Shown in pieces: positions 24,282-37,793 of a DNA stretch of 64,000 nt. The notes below the pieces were generated by a model, which saw nothing but the letters and a program-made list of their open reading frames with translations, was not told where the DNA came from and did not search any database. Position 1 is the first letter of the stretch, and each line of letters opens with the position of its first letter. The translations under genes and the position numbers were made by a program. This DNA is from Octopus vulgaris. Lineage: Eukaryota. The DNA lies in the NCBI GenBank assembly GCA_951406725.2, contig OX597822.1, forward strand, positions 7,440,001-7,504,000. The letters run 5' to 3'.

Positions 24282-25820
24282 TGAAATACAAGTAGTATAT
24301 GTATATATATATTACATATACAATAATGGTTCTTGTAACATGCAGAAACGACTTGGTGAAATTAATAAGTATTAATTAATTAATTAAGTTTACCCTTCAT
24401 TATTATTGATTATATTATATTACATATATATATATAATATACGTGTGTGTGTGTATGTGTGTGTGTGTGTGGATAGATAGATAAAAAGAGATGACACAGC
24501 AAAAACAATGGATGTCTCACGAAGTTCAATCAGCTGTTTATGCTATAACATGCAGTGGCCGGGTAGCTGAGTTCTACCCCAGGTTATTAGTCTTCTACTG
24601 CGTAAGCGAAATATTAAAACACGCACGCACACACACACACTAGCACACGCACACACACACACACACACACAAACACACACTAGCACACGCACACATACAC
24701 ACACAAACAAAGTATTAATTCAGGAGGCATGAGGTGAGAATGTATATTTAGTGAAGCAGCCTTTGACAATAATCTACATGTAGTTTTACTTTCTGTATAG
24801 CAGATGTAATGAGTACTTGTTTGCATAAATACGTTTGGCTTGATATAATAGATTACTAAGTATAAGAACAGCCGAATCCGTAAGGTGAACTTCTGATGTC
24901 CGCACAATTCTTTGAATCAGCATCTTATGTTACTCCGTTATATTTATATATATATATATGCGTGTCTGTGTGTGTGTGTATGTATACTCATACAGACAAA
25001 TACATTTACATGAAAATATATATGATACATATCCGCACACCCAAAGGGTCACACATTCATACATACATGTTTTTATATACATCCATACACAGACATATGC
25101 ACACAAACTTTGTATGGATGATGATAAATGATAGCGAAATCTACGCTTATTGAAGCATTATTAAACATGTATAGAAGTACAAAACGAACTTAGGTAGCAG
25201 TATTTCAACTGTTGCGTTGAATATCATAATTTATAATCATTTTTTGTTTCAAACGGAATAGAAAACATTGACATTTTTCATTATTTATTTCCTTCGCTGA
25301 ATATCCTGTGTTCTTTAATGTTCATAGAATACAAAGATTCCCTGAACGAGTCGAATCAGAAACATTCACATACTTCGGCGCATACATAGAATATACACAT
25401 CGTAAAGAAGTTCTTTTAGCTTTCTTTCTTTTTGCCATGTTTTGGTAATGTACTACCGTGCATATAAAAGGGTTGAGAAAATATAAGTTGCACTGTTTTT
25501 AACATGCTACGAGAGAAGTAAGGCCTTTTTTTTCCTTCAGCATATGACCATTAAATATACGGAATATATTTGCAAAATATCAAACGGGTAACACATTACA
25601 AGTTTGACGACAGAAGTTTATGGAGCTGTTGAATACAGGATGCAAGAAAAATACTGCAATTTCAAAGAACTAGGCAAATAAGCATGCAAAAATTTACTAA
25701 TGGGCATGCGCATATTTTCAAAGGAACGCATGGCACGCGAATATGTTGAAGCATGATTTGTGTACGTGATTTTCGAAATAACAATCATAATAGTGCTGCT
25801 GCTGCTGCTACTACCTACTG

Positions 25821-25883
<63 letters not shown>

Positions 25884-25886
25884 ATG

Positions 25887-25938
<52 letters not shown>

Positions 25939-26174
25939 TGATAACACTAATAAATAGTATAATAATGCTTTCAAATAATGGTCTCAAGGGAGGGGATGAG
26001 TCGATTACATCGACCCCAATGTTGAACTGGTACTTATTTTATTGATCCCGAAAGTATGAACAGTAAGATCGAACTCGGCAAAATTTCATCTACGAATATA
26101 GCGACGAAAGAAATAGCGCCTTAATAACGATGATAATAATAATGAAATAGCGCCTTAATAACGATGATAATAAT

Positions 26175-26733
26175 GCCCTGATATAGTACCAGACAGTGGT
26201 TCTCATGGCATCTGATCTTAACTGATTGGAAGTGTTATCATGTACATTGTTTTGTCTTGATATAAAAGATGGGCTACAGCAAATATTCTACTCAATACCA
26301 CAGATTTGCTTGTCAGTTGTTTGACCTTAACCAGTTGACCATGTCCCTTGGTGACTGACGATATGTACATCTCTGATCATGAGCAGAAGTAGTGGGGGAG
26401 TATCATAGCCATGTGTTGAGAGGAATTCTTTGTGTTTGAATAATTCACCTTTGGAGCCATGGGTGTTACGTTTAACATCCTTAAACAACCCTTATTCAGG
26501 GACTATTTGGACGAGACGAGTTACTCGACCAGAAGAAAATTCTAACTGGGCCCCACCTGCAAGGTCATGTGCTGTTTATCTTGATATGAGATCACCATGT
26601 CACGCGCATGTGGTTGTGACGCATGTGTCTAGTGTACCGTTATCAGACAGGTAGTCATGATGTGTATACTGGGCTTCGTATATCATACCCGTGTCACTTT
26701 GATGGCATGCACTGCTCTCTCACTCAATAATAA
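26175..26733 (+). repeat. ~560-bp unclassified, probably retroposed segment bounded by short (AAT)n
   Basis: Non-coding, higher GC than flanks, begins after aataat and ends ctcactcaataataat; no second copy in the window. Confidence 0.45.
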
Positions 26734-28130
26734 TTTATCAAGTACTCGGCAGGCGTTCTCCTTTCACTCCTTATACAATGTTCTATATTTATTAGTCCTC
26801 GACCACCATTCTTTCTTTTTATGTACAGTGTGTTTACGTTCGCTTTAGGGTGTAGCCCCCAACCATGCAGCGTCATCAACTTTCTCGTCCCTCTATCTAG
26901 TGTTGATATTTCCTCCTAACTCCATTTGAGGATGGACGCACTATATCTGACCACCACAACTGCCAAGATATTTTTAGTGGTAATCGAACTTTTGGCTTCA
27001 GGTTGGATCTCAACACCATCTTCACCCTTTTTCGATAAGCCTTGCTGACCTTTCATTTTCCCAGTGTAGAATGTCAATCAACTCCAGAATACCTAAATAT
27101 CTATATTCACTACCATCGGGTTGACCCATGGTCACTCCTGATAGTAACCGCATTCCTCTGCGTTTTGCTTTCTTCCCTCTTTACATAGCAAGTACTGAGC
27201 ATTTGGTAATCTCCAATTCCATACCTTTGTCTCTACCATATATCTGGACTGCTTCAGTTAAGGAATGTATCTGTTTTTCAGATTTCCCAAACAGTTTCAG
27301 GTCATTCATAAACAGAATATGGTTCAATGATGGGCCTTACTCCCCACATCGGTAACCCATCTTAACTTTCTTAAGTGTCATTGTTATAGGTGTTTATACA
27401 ATATCAAATAGTAACGAAGAAAACGAGTCACCTTGGAAGACACCCCTTTTAATATTATCTTCTTCAAAGAATACGTTACTTGAGTAGAATTTGGTTTTCC
27501 ACTCTTTCGTGCTCTGCTTTAGAAAATTTGTGATGTTGTCAGCATCACCAAACATCTGCAGACATTCAAGGATCCAAGAATGATGCATCATATCATATGC
27601 CTTCCCAAATTCAATCCAAGCCATAGACATGTTTGTACGATGATTTTACAATTCCTCAAAAATATTTTATCGAAGACCAGATGATACTTGGTGCCTTGAG
27701 AAGTCTTCCTACATCTTCTGTGTTCCCTTGGTAGTATTTCTTCCTGTGGCAAAAAAGTGTCTTAGCCGCACCTATTCCAGCATCTTCCAGATTATGTTTA
27801 GGCATGCTATGCGATAGGAATTTCCCATAGTATTCCCCTTTCTTCTATTTTTCATTACAAGGGTTTTCATCCGAGTCACTCTCCACAAGGGGACAGTTCA
27901 TTTCTGGGCACACACATTCACTTGGTATGTTAATCTTTTATGCACGGCAGGACATCTCTTCAGGCAGAAGCCATGAACCCCGTTTGGTCCGGGGGCTTTC
28001 GAGTTAGGCACATTACCCACTTGTTCTTTCACATCACCCGTACTTATGACAATATTTCTTTGTTTCTTTCCTCCTTGTAATTCTGTCTTGATAGTTCCTA
28101 TCAACATTGCATCACTTTTATGGACCACAT
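26733..28130 (-). mobile_element. R4/Dong-clade LINE, inverted 5' segment (RT domain)
   Basis: NSKAPGPNGVHGF, AWIEFGKAYD..HSWI, KRGVFQGDSFSSLLF, NHILFMNDLKLF, LHPKANVNTLYIKRKNGGRGLINIE. Confidence 0.9.
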
Positions 28131-28990
28131 TACCGAGTATTTAATAAATAGTGATGAAGACCTGTTGCAATATGCCGCGCAAGATATGGGTGCAACGACT
28201 GATGGGCAAGAAAGAGTTTAACTAAGGAGCTGAGGAGAAGAGAAGAGAAAAGAAAACCGCAAGCCTGATCATTGTTGTACTAGCTCCCGCTGCCAATTGA
28301 GTGACGTATAGAATCTATAAAACTTCTAGCACACAAACATGTCGAAAGAGTGGGAAAAATGTGACCCACTTGGTAAGTGGATATGAAAGCCTTGCTCAAA
28401 AAGATTACAAGCGTCACCCCTATAAACTGTGTGTGTATCTTAATTGGTCCTTATGCTATAAATACCAGTATGATGTAACAGAGAACTGGTATGAGCATGT
28501 ACCAAGTACAGTAATGCAGGAAGATGGAAAGGTAACGATACTCTGGGACTATGATTTTCAAACGGATCGTCTAATCGAACACCGTCAGCCACATATCATA
28601 TTGAAAGAGAGGGAAACAACACTGTTAGATCAGTGATGTAGCTTAACGAGATTGAAAAAGTCACCAACTACTCTGAAATGAAGGTGGAAATGGCAAGACT
28701 GTATGGAATGCGAGAGGATGAAGTAAAAGTGATACCAGTAGTGATCGGAGCGTAGTGCCCTATCCCATTGAAACTTCAAAATATCCTAAGGCAACTGGAA
28801 AGTCCATGCAAGATTGATGTCTAGCAAAAAGCAACCTTATTGGGCACAGCGTACATGTGAAGGAAAGTATTATCTGTCTGAGGTCCTTGTTGTGACTTGA
28901 CAGATTACTAAAGACTCTGGTACATAATCACCTACCCTGTGTTACGAAGGGATAATAGTGTTAAGAATAATAAAAAATAATAATAACGGT
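28131..28990 (+). mobile_element. R4/Dong-clade LINE, forward 3' segment (zinc knuckle, RLE endonuclease, 3' UTR, TAA tail)
   Basis: VTHLVSG..LAQKDYKRH...WYEHVP...ILWDYDFQTDRLIEHRQPHI; ends aataataataac. Confidence 0.9.
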
Positions 28991-29748
28991 TTCAACATGT
29001 GGAAGGAGGCCAAAAATTTCGGGGAAGGGGATACGTCGATTAAATCGACACTAGTGTTCAATTGTACTTATTTTATCGACCTCAAATGAATGGAAGCAAG
29101 GTGGAAATTGAACTAAGAATATAAAGACTGTCGAAATATCACATTTGTCCGCCCGAAATGTTTCTGCCAGCTCGTCACCGTAAATATTGGTCTCAAATTT
29201 TAGCGCAAGACCAATAATATGAGCAAGAGAGTAAGTTGGTTGTATCTGGGATTGAGGTTGTTTTGTTTGCAGAAAAAGGGATGGGGTCCCTTTTTTGTCC
29301 GTCTATATCTTAGAAAACCTGCTGTCATCCCTGAGTATTCGTCTTTGGTTATTTCATGTTACTGCGAACGTGGCTGTGTATCAGTGTGACCAATTTTCTA
29401 CTGCTTCTAGAATGATGAGCCGGCAAAAAGTTTGTAAGATAATCTAAATATATCGAGTTGATTTACTTACATTAACCTGCGACATATACCAATGTGTAGA
29501 TAATTGTATATCCATGGGTGAAAGCGTTTCAGTATATCCAACATTTTTTCTCGCTCGGTACTTTTCGCCCGCGTGTGTCGTGTGTCATTCATATTAAACA
29601 TGTTGAATGTATTTTGTAATCAAACTTTGTTACAAGAAAGATGTAGACCAGGAAGTCAAATACCAGTAAAACCCTGTTCAAATAATTTTTTAAACTAAGT
29701 TTGTCTTATTTTGAATCTTTCTTATTTTGTAGTCTACCGTACTCTTGC

Positions 29749-30555
29749 CATGGCTCCAAAAAATTAAAACCATTGTTCGTATTTGTTATTACGGTGGTGA
29801 TTGTGATCCCGCTTGTCTAGATTTCTACACGAAGCAGCAACAGTAGAAAAAGGTTCGCATAGGACTCCCTGGTTATTGAAAACGAGTTGAAAAGTAAAGT
29901 TGTGACAGTGATTCATGTAAATAGCATAAGCTCTATAATGGCGGATCTCGAAAAAGGAAGGACATTGTGTGAGAGCCCTGACATTTGAAATAAATGTCTT
30001 GAAACAGTGCATTGCAGAAGACGCTTTAGATGTTCTTGACGAGCAATGAAAAAATAAAACACCTATTCAAAAGATTCCCTGAGGCGCATAACACCTTTCA
30101 TGTAACACTAAATGATAATGAGGTTGACGAAAGCGAAAACATTCTACTATATGCGAATCGATTATGTAAATATTTTATACACGGTAAAAAATGCATCCAA
30201 AGATATAAAGCCCAAAACTTTACAAAGTGTGGTTGAAAAACCCCATGTTGAAGTCAAAAAGATACTTGCAAACTTACAAATGCCAAAAGTAGTGTTGGAA
30301 GCCTTGAAAGGCGACACAGTCATGAACTTTCGATTTATTAAATCGTTTCAACTCAAAGTTCATTCGATTTGCGTTGAATATAATTTCAAACTGACGCGTT
30401 TCATTCAGTATACAGAAGGCCCAGCAAGAAATGCATGCCACCACGGGCTGTCTCTTAATCAGTGGTGAGCCGGGATATCAACACGCACTTGCTATTCACG
30501 AGAACAGATTTGGCACTTCCCATTTGGTAACCGAAGAAATCCTCAATAATCTGTA
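29749..30555 (+). mobile_element. BEL/Pao LTR retrotransposon gag (DUF1759-like) remnant; possible LTR at ~29241-29634
   Basis: LQMPKVVLEALKGD...FKLTRFIQYTEGPARNA..CLLISGEPGYQHALAIHENRFG; upstream TG...CA segment. Confidence 0.75.
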
Positions 30556-30628
30556 TGCGTGTGTGTGTAAATATATATATGTATTTTTTCCCTCCGTCTT
30601 CCCTTCTTTGGATCTTTCCTTTTCCTAT

Positions 30629-30663
30629 GTTTCTGACGAAGAGCTCCGCTCGAAACGTTAGAC
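30629..30663 (+). ncRNA. Minimal type I hammerhead ribozyme motif (35 nt)
   Basis: GTTT-CTGACGA-aGAGC tcc GCTC-GAAA-CG-TT-AGAC. Confidence 0.75.
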
Positions 30664-30747
30664 CCTCCTTCTTTCCTTCTTTCCCGAGCGTCTAATAATA
30701 CTACACATGTTCCACGTCCTCGCGTTGTTGTGTTTTCATGTTTAGAT

Positions 30748-30795
<48 letters not shown>

Positions 30796-30944
30796 TGTAT
30801 GTATGTATATGTATATGTATATGTATATATATATGTGTATATATATATGTATATATATATATTTATGTATATATATATATATGTGTGTACATATATATAT
30901 ATGTATATATTTATATATTTATAAGTGGGTATGTTTGTGTCTTT

Positions 30945-31140
30945 GTGTGTCGCGCCACCACCAATGCTTGACAACCGATGTTAGTGTGTTTGCGTCCCTG
31001 TAAACTAGGTGTTCAGCAGAAGAGACTGATAGACGAAACACCAGGCTTACTGAGAATAAGTTCAGGGATCAATTTCTTCTACTAAAGGGTGGTGCTCCAT
31101 TATGGCCACCGTGAAATTCCTGAATACAAGTAAAAATAAT
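30945..31140 (+). mobile_element. SINE family A, 3' half (degenerate)
   Basis: tgcttgacaaccgatgttagtgtgttt...actaaagggtggtgctcca. Confidence 0.75.
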
Positions 31141-31229
31141 TAAAGAATGCATGGAAACATTCCGTAGCATTAAATCAAGAGGGTTCTCTGAATATGTACG
31201 AGGTATTTTAAGGCTAAATAATAATTCGC

Positions 31230-31441
31230 TTTTACTCTTTTACTTGTTTCAGTCATTTGACCGTGGCCATGCTGGAGCACCGCCTTTTTTTAATCGAGCA
31301 AATCGATCCCCGGGACTTATTCTTTGTAAGCCCAGTACTTATTCTATCAGTTTCTTTTACTGAACCGCTAAGTGACGGGGACGTAAACACACCAGCATCG
31401 GTTGTCAAGCAATGCTAGGGTGACAAACACAGATACGCACA

Positions 31442-31510
<69 letters not shown>

Positions 31511-31672
31511 TGACAGGCTTCTTTCAGTTTCCGTCTACCAAATCCACTCACAAGGCATCGGTCGGCCCGAGGTTATAGTAGAAGACACTTGCCCAAAGTG
31601 CCACACAGTGGGACTGAACCCGGAACCATGTGGTTGGTTAGCAAGCTACTTACCACTCAGCCACTCTCCTGC
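31230..31672 (-). mobile_element. SINE family A, full length
   Basis: High similarity to 40282-40737 and 58010-58420. Confidence 0.92.
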
Positions 31673-31814
31673 GTAAAACTCTGTTTACGTTTGGATAACT
31701 GAGATATTTAGGTTGCGTTATAGAGTTATCGGTTATACACTTAATTCTACATTCAGTAACTGTCGCAAAATACGTTTCTATCATAAGCAGAAGTCCTGAA
31801 ATTTTCCGGAGGAG

Positions 31815-32781
31815 GGGCCCAGACAATCGACTCCATTACGCAACTCGTACTTAATTTATCGGCCCCGAAGGGATAAAAGGCAAAACCTTGTCAGAATTTG
31901 AACTGAAAGACAGACGAAATACCACTATTTCGCCCGGACTGCTGACGATTATTATTGCTTATTTCTTTATTGCTCACAAGGGGCTAAATATAGAGGGATC
32001 AAACAAGGACAGACAAAAGGATTAAGTCAATTACATCGACTCCAGTGCATAACTGGTACTCAATTTATCGATTCCGAAAGGATGAAAGGAAAAGTCGACC
32101 TCGGCGGATTTGAACTTCGAACGTAAAGACAGACGAAATACCTATTTCTTTACTGCCCTACAAGGGGCTACACACAGAGGGGATAAACATGGACAGACAA
32201 ACGGATTAAATCGATTGTATTGACCACAGTTCGTAACTGGTTCTTAATTTATCGACTCCGAAATGATGAAAGGCCAAATCGACCTCGGCGGATTTTGAAC
32301 TCAGAACGTAGCGGCAGACGTAATACAAGGGGCGAAACACCGAGAGGAAAGCAAGGACAGACAAACGGAATAAGTGGATTATATCAAACCCAGTGCATAA
32401 CTGGTACTTATTTAATCGACCCCGAAAGGATGAAAGGCAAAGTCGACCTCGGCGGAATTTGGACTCAGAACGTAACGGTAGACGAAATACCTATTTCTTT
32501 ACTACCCACAAGGGGCTTAACACAGAGAGGACAAACAAGGACAAACAGACGAATTAAGTCGATTACATCGACCCCAGTGCGTAGCTGGTACTTATTTAAT
32601 CGACCCTGAAAGGATGAAAGGCAAAGTCAACCTCGGCGGAATTTGAACTCGGAACGTAACGACAAACGAAATACGGCTACGCATTTCACCCGGCGTGCTA
32701 AAGTTTCTGCCAGCTCACCGGTAGACGAAATACCGCTAAGCTTTTCACCCTCCATGCTAACTTTTCTGCCAGCTCACCGCC
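31815..32781 (-). mobile_element. Tandem array of SINE family B (four ~175-bp body units, duplicated head, one older unit)
   Basis: Repeated gaaaggatgaaaggcaaagtcgacctcggcggaatttg; units start at ~31960, 32143, 32321 and 32492. Confidence 0.92.
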
Positions 32782-32903
32782 TGTAACTGTTACAATATAG
32801 AAACATTTCTCATGGCACCAGCACACAATTTACAGTTACTTTCATTCTTCAATTATTTTCTATTATTTTTTTATAGGTCCAGCTAGTTATGTATAAATTT
32901 ATT

Positions 32904-33316
32904 GGATCTTTTCGGTTTTAGCGGCAGTTTTTTTCTAGCGGTATCATATGAAATTTTCACCCATAATTATGACCCTAGTATCGATCTATTCCATTTCAAT
33001 CTGTTTTAGAGCTAGGGTTAGTTAGGGTTAGGGTTAGTAGTGGGGGGAAGGGTATCTTGTTTTCTTCAGAAATGTAAATAAACCCAATCTGTTTCTTAAA
33101 CGAGGGCCATATTCATACGGCACAGACTGTTTTCACGTCAATAGACGTCATTGATTGGTTGAAATTGCAGAAATTGAAGAAAAACTATAGAATTTTCTCA
33201 ATAAAGCCAAGAGAAATGTGTTTTATAAACACATTCTACCAGTATACGAAGTTTAAAAGTGTTTAGTTACGTGGAGATTATTTAAAAAAAAACTGGCGTT
33301 CAAACCGAAAAGATCC
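32904..33316. mobile_element. MITE with GG...CC ~30-bp TIRs and 8-bp TSD (Merlin-like)
   Basis: TIRs ggatcttttcggttt.../...aaaccgaaaagatcc; TSD AATTTATT at 32896-32903 and 33317-33324. Confidence 0.9.
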
Positions 33317-36300
33317 AATTTATTTCTTTTTTAATAATTATGCATATATGAAAATTTTTTGTAGATCCTAAATTATTTAAAACATATCTTCGTCTTATGT
33401 TCTTTCGAAATTGTAAACGCATAAAAATTACAGAAAAATAAAACTATTGGCTTACTCTAATTTGCTTCCTTCTGTAAAAGTAAGTAAAATTCTGATACTT
33501 CATTTATTTATATATTATGATCTTTTTGTTATGTATGAAATATTATGATTTATTATAATCGTAACTTTATACATTTATTTACCATCGGCGTAATTAGTAG
33601 ATACATTTGAGTGTATGAATCGTTGATTAACAATTTTTTAAATGAATTTCATATCTGAATAAAATATATACTTATTTATTGATATATTTTTCATATATAG
33701 AGTAATTATAAAGTATATAGTAATTTTAAATGCGATATACTTCATACTTCACTATACATTTTTAACATATATAGATCTTCTATATATAAAAAATTGGCAG
33801 TGATTATTTTCGATTAAAGTAAATTTCGATTACTATTATTGGAGAAGCATAAGGATATTTTATGACCGTTGTAATTTTTCTTTACTTAACTATGTTATCT
33901 ATTTGAATTTTGTTTTTTTTATTATATTTATTATATTTTTGAAATAACAACGCTCACGCTTGTAAACGTAAGTATGTTTTAAACCAGTGTCTTTTATGAT
34001 TTAGCAGTCCTTGCATGAAATCCCGTTTTTGTCTTTTTTGCACAAACATTACTCTGAGGAAACACATGCGCTAGTGGATGTCAGTCGAAACAAATTGTTG
34101 GATTTAGATTTGTTTAACTATTTTTTAAATATTGCATTGTATCTTTTTATAATATAATTATATTATAATGTAAGTAAAGTTTTAAAAGTAAATTGTATTG
34201 TAATTATACCATTTTGTTTGTGGCTTTCAACTGAAGTACCATAGAAAATTGGATGTTCGCCATCACTTTGAAGGAAACAGTTTATTTCATTGGTTTAATG
34301 TATATGTATATCTATTTGTATTTATATATAACCTGCCATAAAACATCAATGCACGTTAATATATATATAAATATATGTGTGTATTTCAGCTGTCTGCTGA
34401 ATACAAAACTTGACCACCTCTGTGTACACGAAGCTCCATAGAAACACGAGACCCCCACACTGAGAAACACATGCAGAGTAGTTTGTGAAATGTAGATCAG
34501 ATACAAGTTAGCAAATGGCAAGTTTGCATGCGTACCGTAGTTATTCTGTTGGTGAGTGGTGGAGCAATTCTATGAGTACTTATTAAGACAAAGCGTTGAG
34601 TTTGAAAGAGAATTGTTCTTTGAACACAAGACTTTCGCGCATAGGTAAATATTGGTCGTGTGTATACACACACACACCTGAATATATGCGTGTATGTGTG
34701 TATGTATGTATGTATGTATGCATTTATGTATATACGTATGTATCTTTCTATCTATCCATCATAGACTTTGAATTACTAATATTTGGGAGAGTATGACCAT
34801 AAAGTACAACAGATGTTTATTGTACTAAGTTTTACGTATTGGATGTAAGTGAACTGAGATAATATACCTGCTTGTTAGCAATAATTCAGAACATGATCGT
34901 GTAATCAATTCCTATTCATAAATCTTCAGAATACATCGACATTATTTCATTTATTGTGTCAAAATGTAAAATAACGTTGTGAATTCTGATGAGATTGAAG
35001 CAGTTTTATTCATTGAATCGCACGGCATATTACTTTCTCTTCACTGGAAAGATGACTATATTCATTATTGGGGTTTGTATGATTGTTTAATTCAGCTCTA
35101 ATATTTCAATGGTACTTCATCTGTTTAAGCAAGTAGGAGTTCAATGCAAAATCAATAAACGCATTATATAAATTAAACCCTGCAGTATTTATAAAATAAT
35201 AATGATTGTGTTATAATGATACAAGTATTGACAGTTCACAAAAGAGCGTAGTCAATTTATCTGCTCCCAGTATTTGACAAGATCTTATAATGTGGCGTTG
35301 AAGTGATGCAAAGAAAGACAACAGAAGTTAGATTTGACATCAGAGGGAAAGGAATTGTACGTAATAACACATATCACATTTCCGTCTTCTTACAGACGTT
35401 GTCACTCCATATTTTGTTGCTACAACAGACATTTCAGCTTATTTCATTTCATTCATTATATTTCACTTTTCAATACGCAGGCTGTCTGTGTTTACTGCTG
35501 ACGAATGAGCGTATATAACATGTATTATGTATATTTAGACCGGATAATTTAATAATCTTATGATAGGAAAATGAGTAGATGGATTTTGATACGTAGACGT
35601 CAAAATTGTTTTAACATATAAAATGGAACTTTTAGAGAGGGAAGGATGCCACTCGTATTATCATGCAAGGTCCAACAGGGCGATGCTTTAGAATTTCGTC
35701 CAACTGCTTTCCACAGTGAAGAATCGGATGAATCTATGTATCGTTGGTTTAATGAATCACAAATGTGGTATTGAATTGAATACAATCATATTGCACTGAC
35801 TATGAAAATAATATAATACAAGCGGAATAAAATTTCACAACTCGTGACAACTTTGCAATGTATGTTGAGGACTCATCTTGATCTTTCATACTTTTTGCTA
35901 ATAATATATCCATCCAATATCTCCGTTGACAATTAATACATGAAAAAAAAGGTATATTTTGCGTCATCAAATAACTTAAATATCAATAAATTATAAAGAA
36001 TTTTCATGAAAGTAACAGAAATTCGAAACCTTAAAATAAATGGAAAACGTAACGTTTGGAAGTACAAAACCAGTGCAGAGTAAAGCGATGCGATTTTTAA
36101 GTGTTTATAGCTGCTGCTGATGGTTTGTCATGTCAACAATTTTAATCATACATAATATATTTGAACACTACACAAAATGTCAGCTGAGGAATGTTCTCCT
36201 GGATCAATGCGACTTTTGGAATACAATCAAAGTGCAGTCATTGTTTATACAGTAAAAATATTTTCAAGGCTGTTATATTCCTTATACCGACGCTCTTACT

Positions 36301-36924
36301 ATTTTACCTTGCATTTCTATAAAACATCTGCTGTATAATTTGTCAATATCTTTCTTGCGTTCAGGCAAAAAGATATAAAATTTTCGTATTAATTTTATAA
36401 GTTATTGGCTCAAATAATATAAAATGGGCAAGTAAAAGTGACAAGCAACACAAATGAGAGAATGAATATATATCTGGAGAAGGCCTAATACATCTATAAA
36501 TAAAAATACGATATTCATTCAAATGTGGAGGTATCAATAGTTCCTTTTTTAGATGTTATCCCATGTATTGAGGAATGAGATGGAAAAATGAACTATGTTA
36601 ATGATAATTAAAATATACGATATAGCATTATAAAAATTTTGAATCTCAAAACAAAATTTCCTATCGTCTCTAGGTATAACATATTTTGAACGCAAACAAC
36701 ACAACCTATCACTTATTTCTTATTTGTATCAGTCATTCGAATGCAATTATACTGGGGCATCTTTTATAAAATGATTCAGAAAAGGCAATGCTGGGAGAGA
36801 ATCTCACGCCCGGGAAGACACTAAAGCCAGCGTATTTGGTAAATGGCGTACGTTTTAATAATGTTTTCTTTGTTTTAGTTATAAGGTGTGTCTGTTTCCA
36901 AGAGCCTAACATAATATACAGGAT

Positions 36925-37252
36925 CTTAAAAGACTCCGCCGGTTACGACGACGAGGGTCCCAGCTGATACGATCAACGGAACAGCTTGCTCGTGAAATTA
37001 ACGTGCAAATGGCTGAGCATTCCACAGACACGTGTACCCTTAACGTAGTTCTCGGGGATAATCAGCGTGACACAGAGAGTGACAAGGCTGACCCTTTGAA
37101 ATACAAGTACAACTCATTTTTGCCAGCTGCGTAGACTGGAGCAACGTGAAATAAAGTGTCTTGCTCAAGGACACAACGCGTCGCCGGGAATCGAACTCAC
37201 AACCTTACGATCATGAGCCGAATGCTCTAACCACTAAGCCACGCGCCCTCAC
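36925..37252 (-). mobile_element. tRNA-derived SINE family D (CORE-like centre), full length
   Basis: A box tggcttagtgg, B box gttcgattc; 13-bp TSD TAATATACAGGAT (36912-36924, 37253-37265). Confidence 0.92.
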
Positions 37253-37793
37253 TAATATACAGGATAGATTAAAAGGAATAACAATATTGAAATTTATGTT
37301 TGGTATTTGGGACAAATGACAACGGATAATGCCTGTCTCTCGTACGCCTTTGCACTAGAATCGGCTATAAACCTTGTAATAGTTAGGTTCTTGACACGGG
37401 CAAATCTAAGGAAAGCTATAAAATCCATCGTATGGCAGAGTACACGGTTCCAAACAGCATTTATTTATTAAAATCTACCAAACTATTTTTTGCGGTTTAT
37501 TTCTGCAACAGCATCTAGTTCAAATTCAGTACGCGATGATAGATTAGGAAATATCAGTAAACGCATGGATTAATAAGAGCTATTTGGAGGGCACCATTAA
37601 TTTTCTGCTAATTTTCCATTCCTAGCGCCAAGACATGGTTGCGCAAGCGGACAAAAAGGTGGACATTTGTTAAGTTGGTGAAAACACTTATAGTAACGTT
37701 GATGGAATGATGAATCTGTCGTGAAATTGGCAAATGACCATACTTATATCTATGTGTGTACAAGTGCGTTTAAGCGTATATTTCTATGGATAT

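Noticed and set aside
31960-32660. Regularly spaced repeats suggesting a CRISPR array
   Set aside because: Whole ~175-bp units repeat with no unique spacers; these are SINE multimers in a eukaryote with no cas genes
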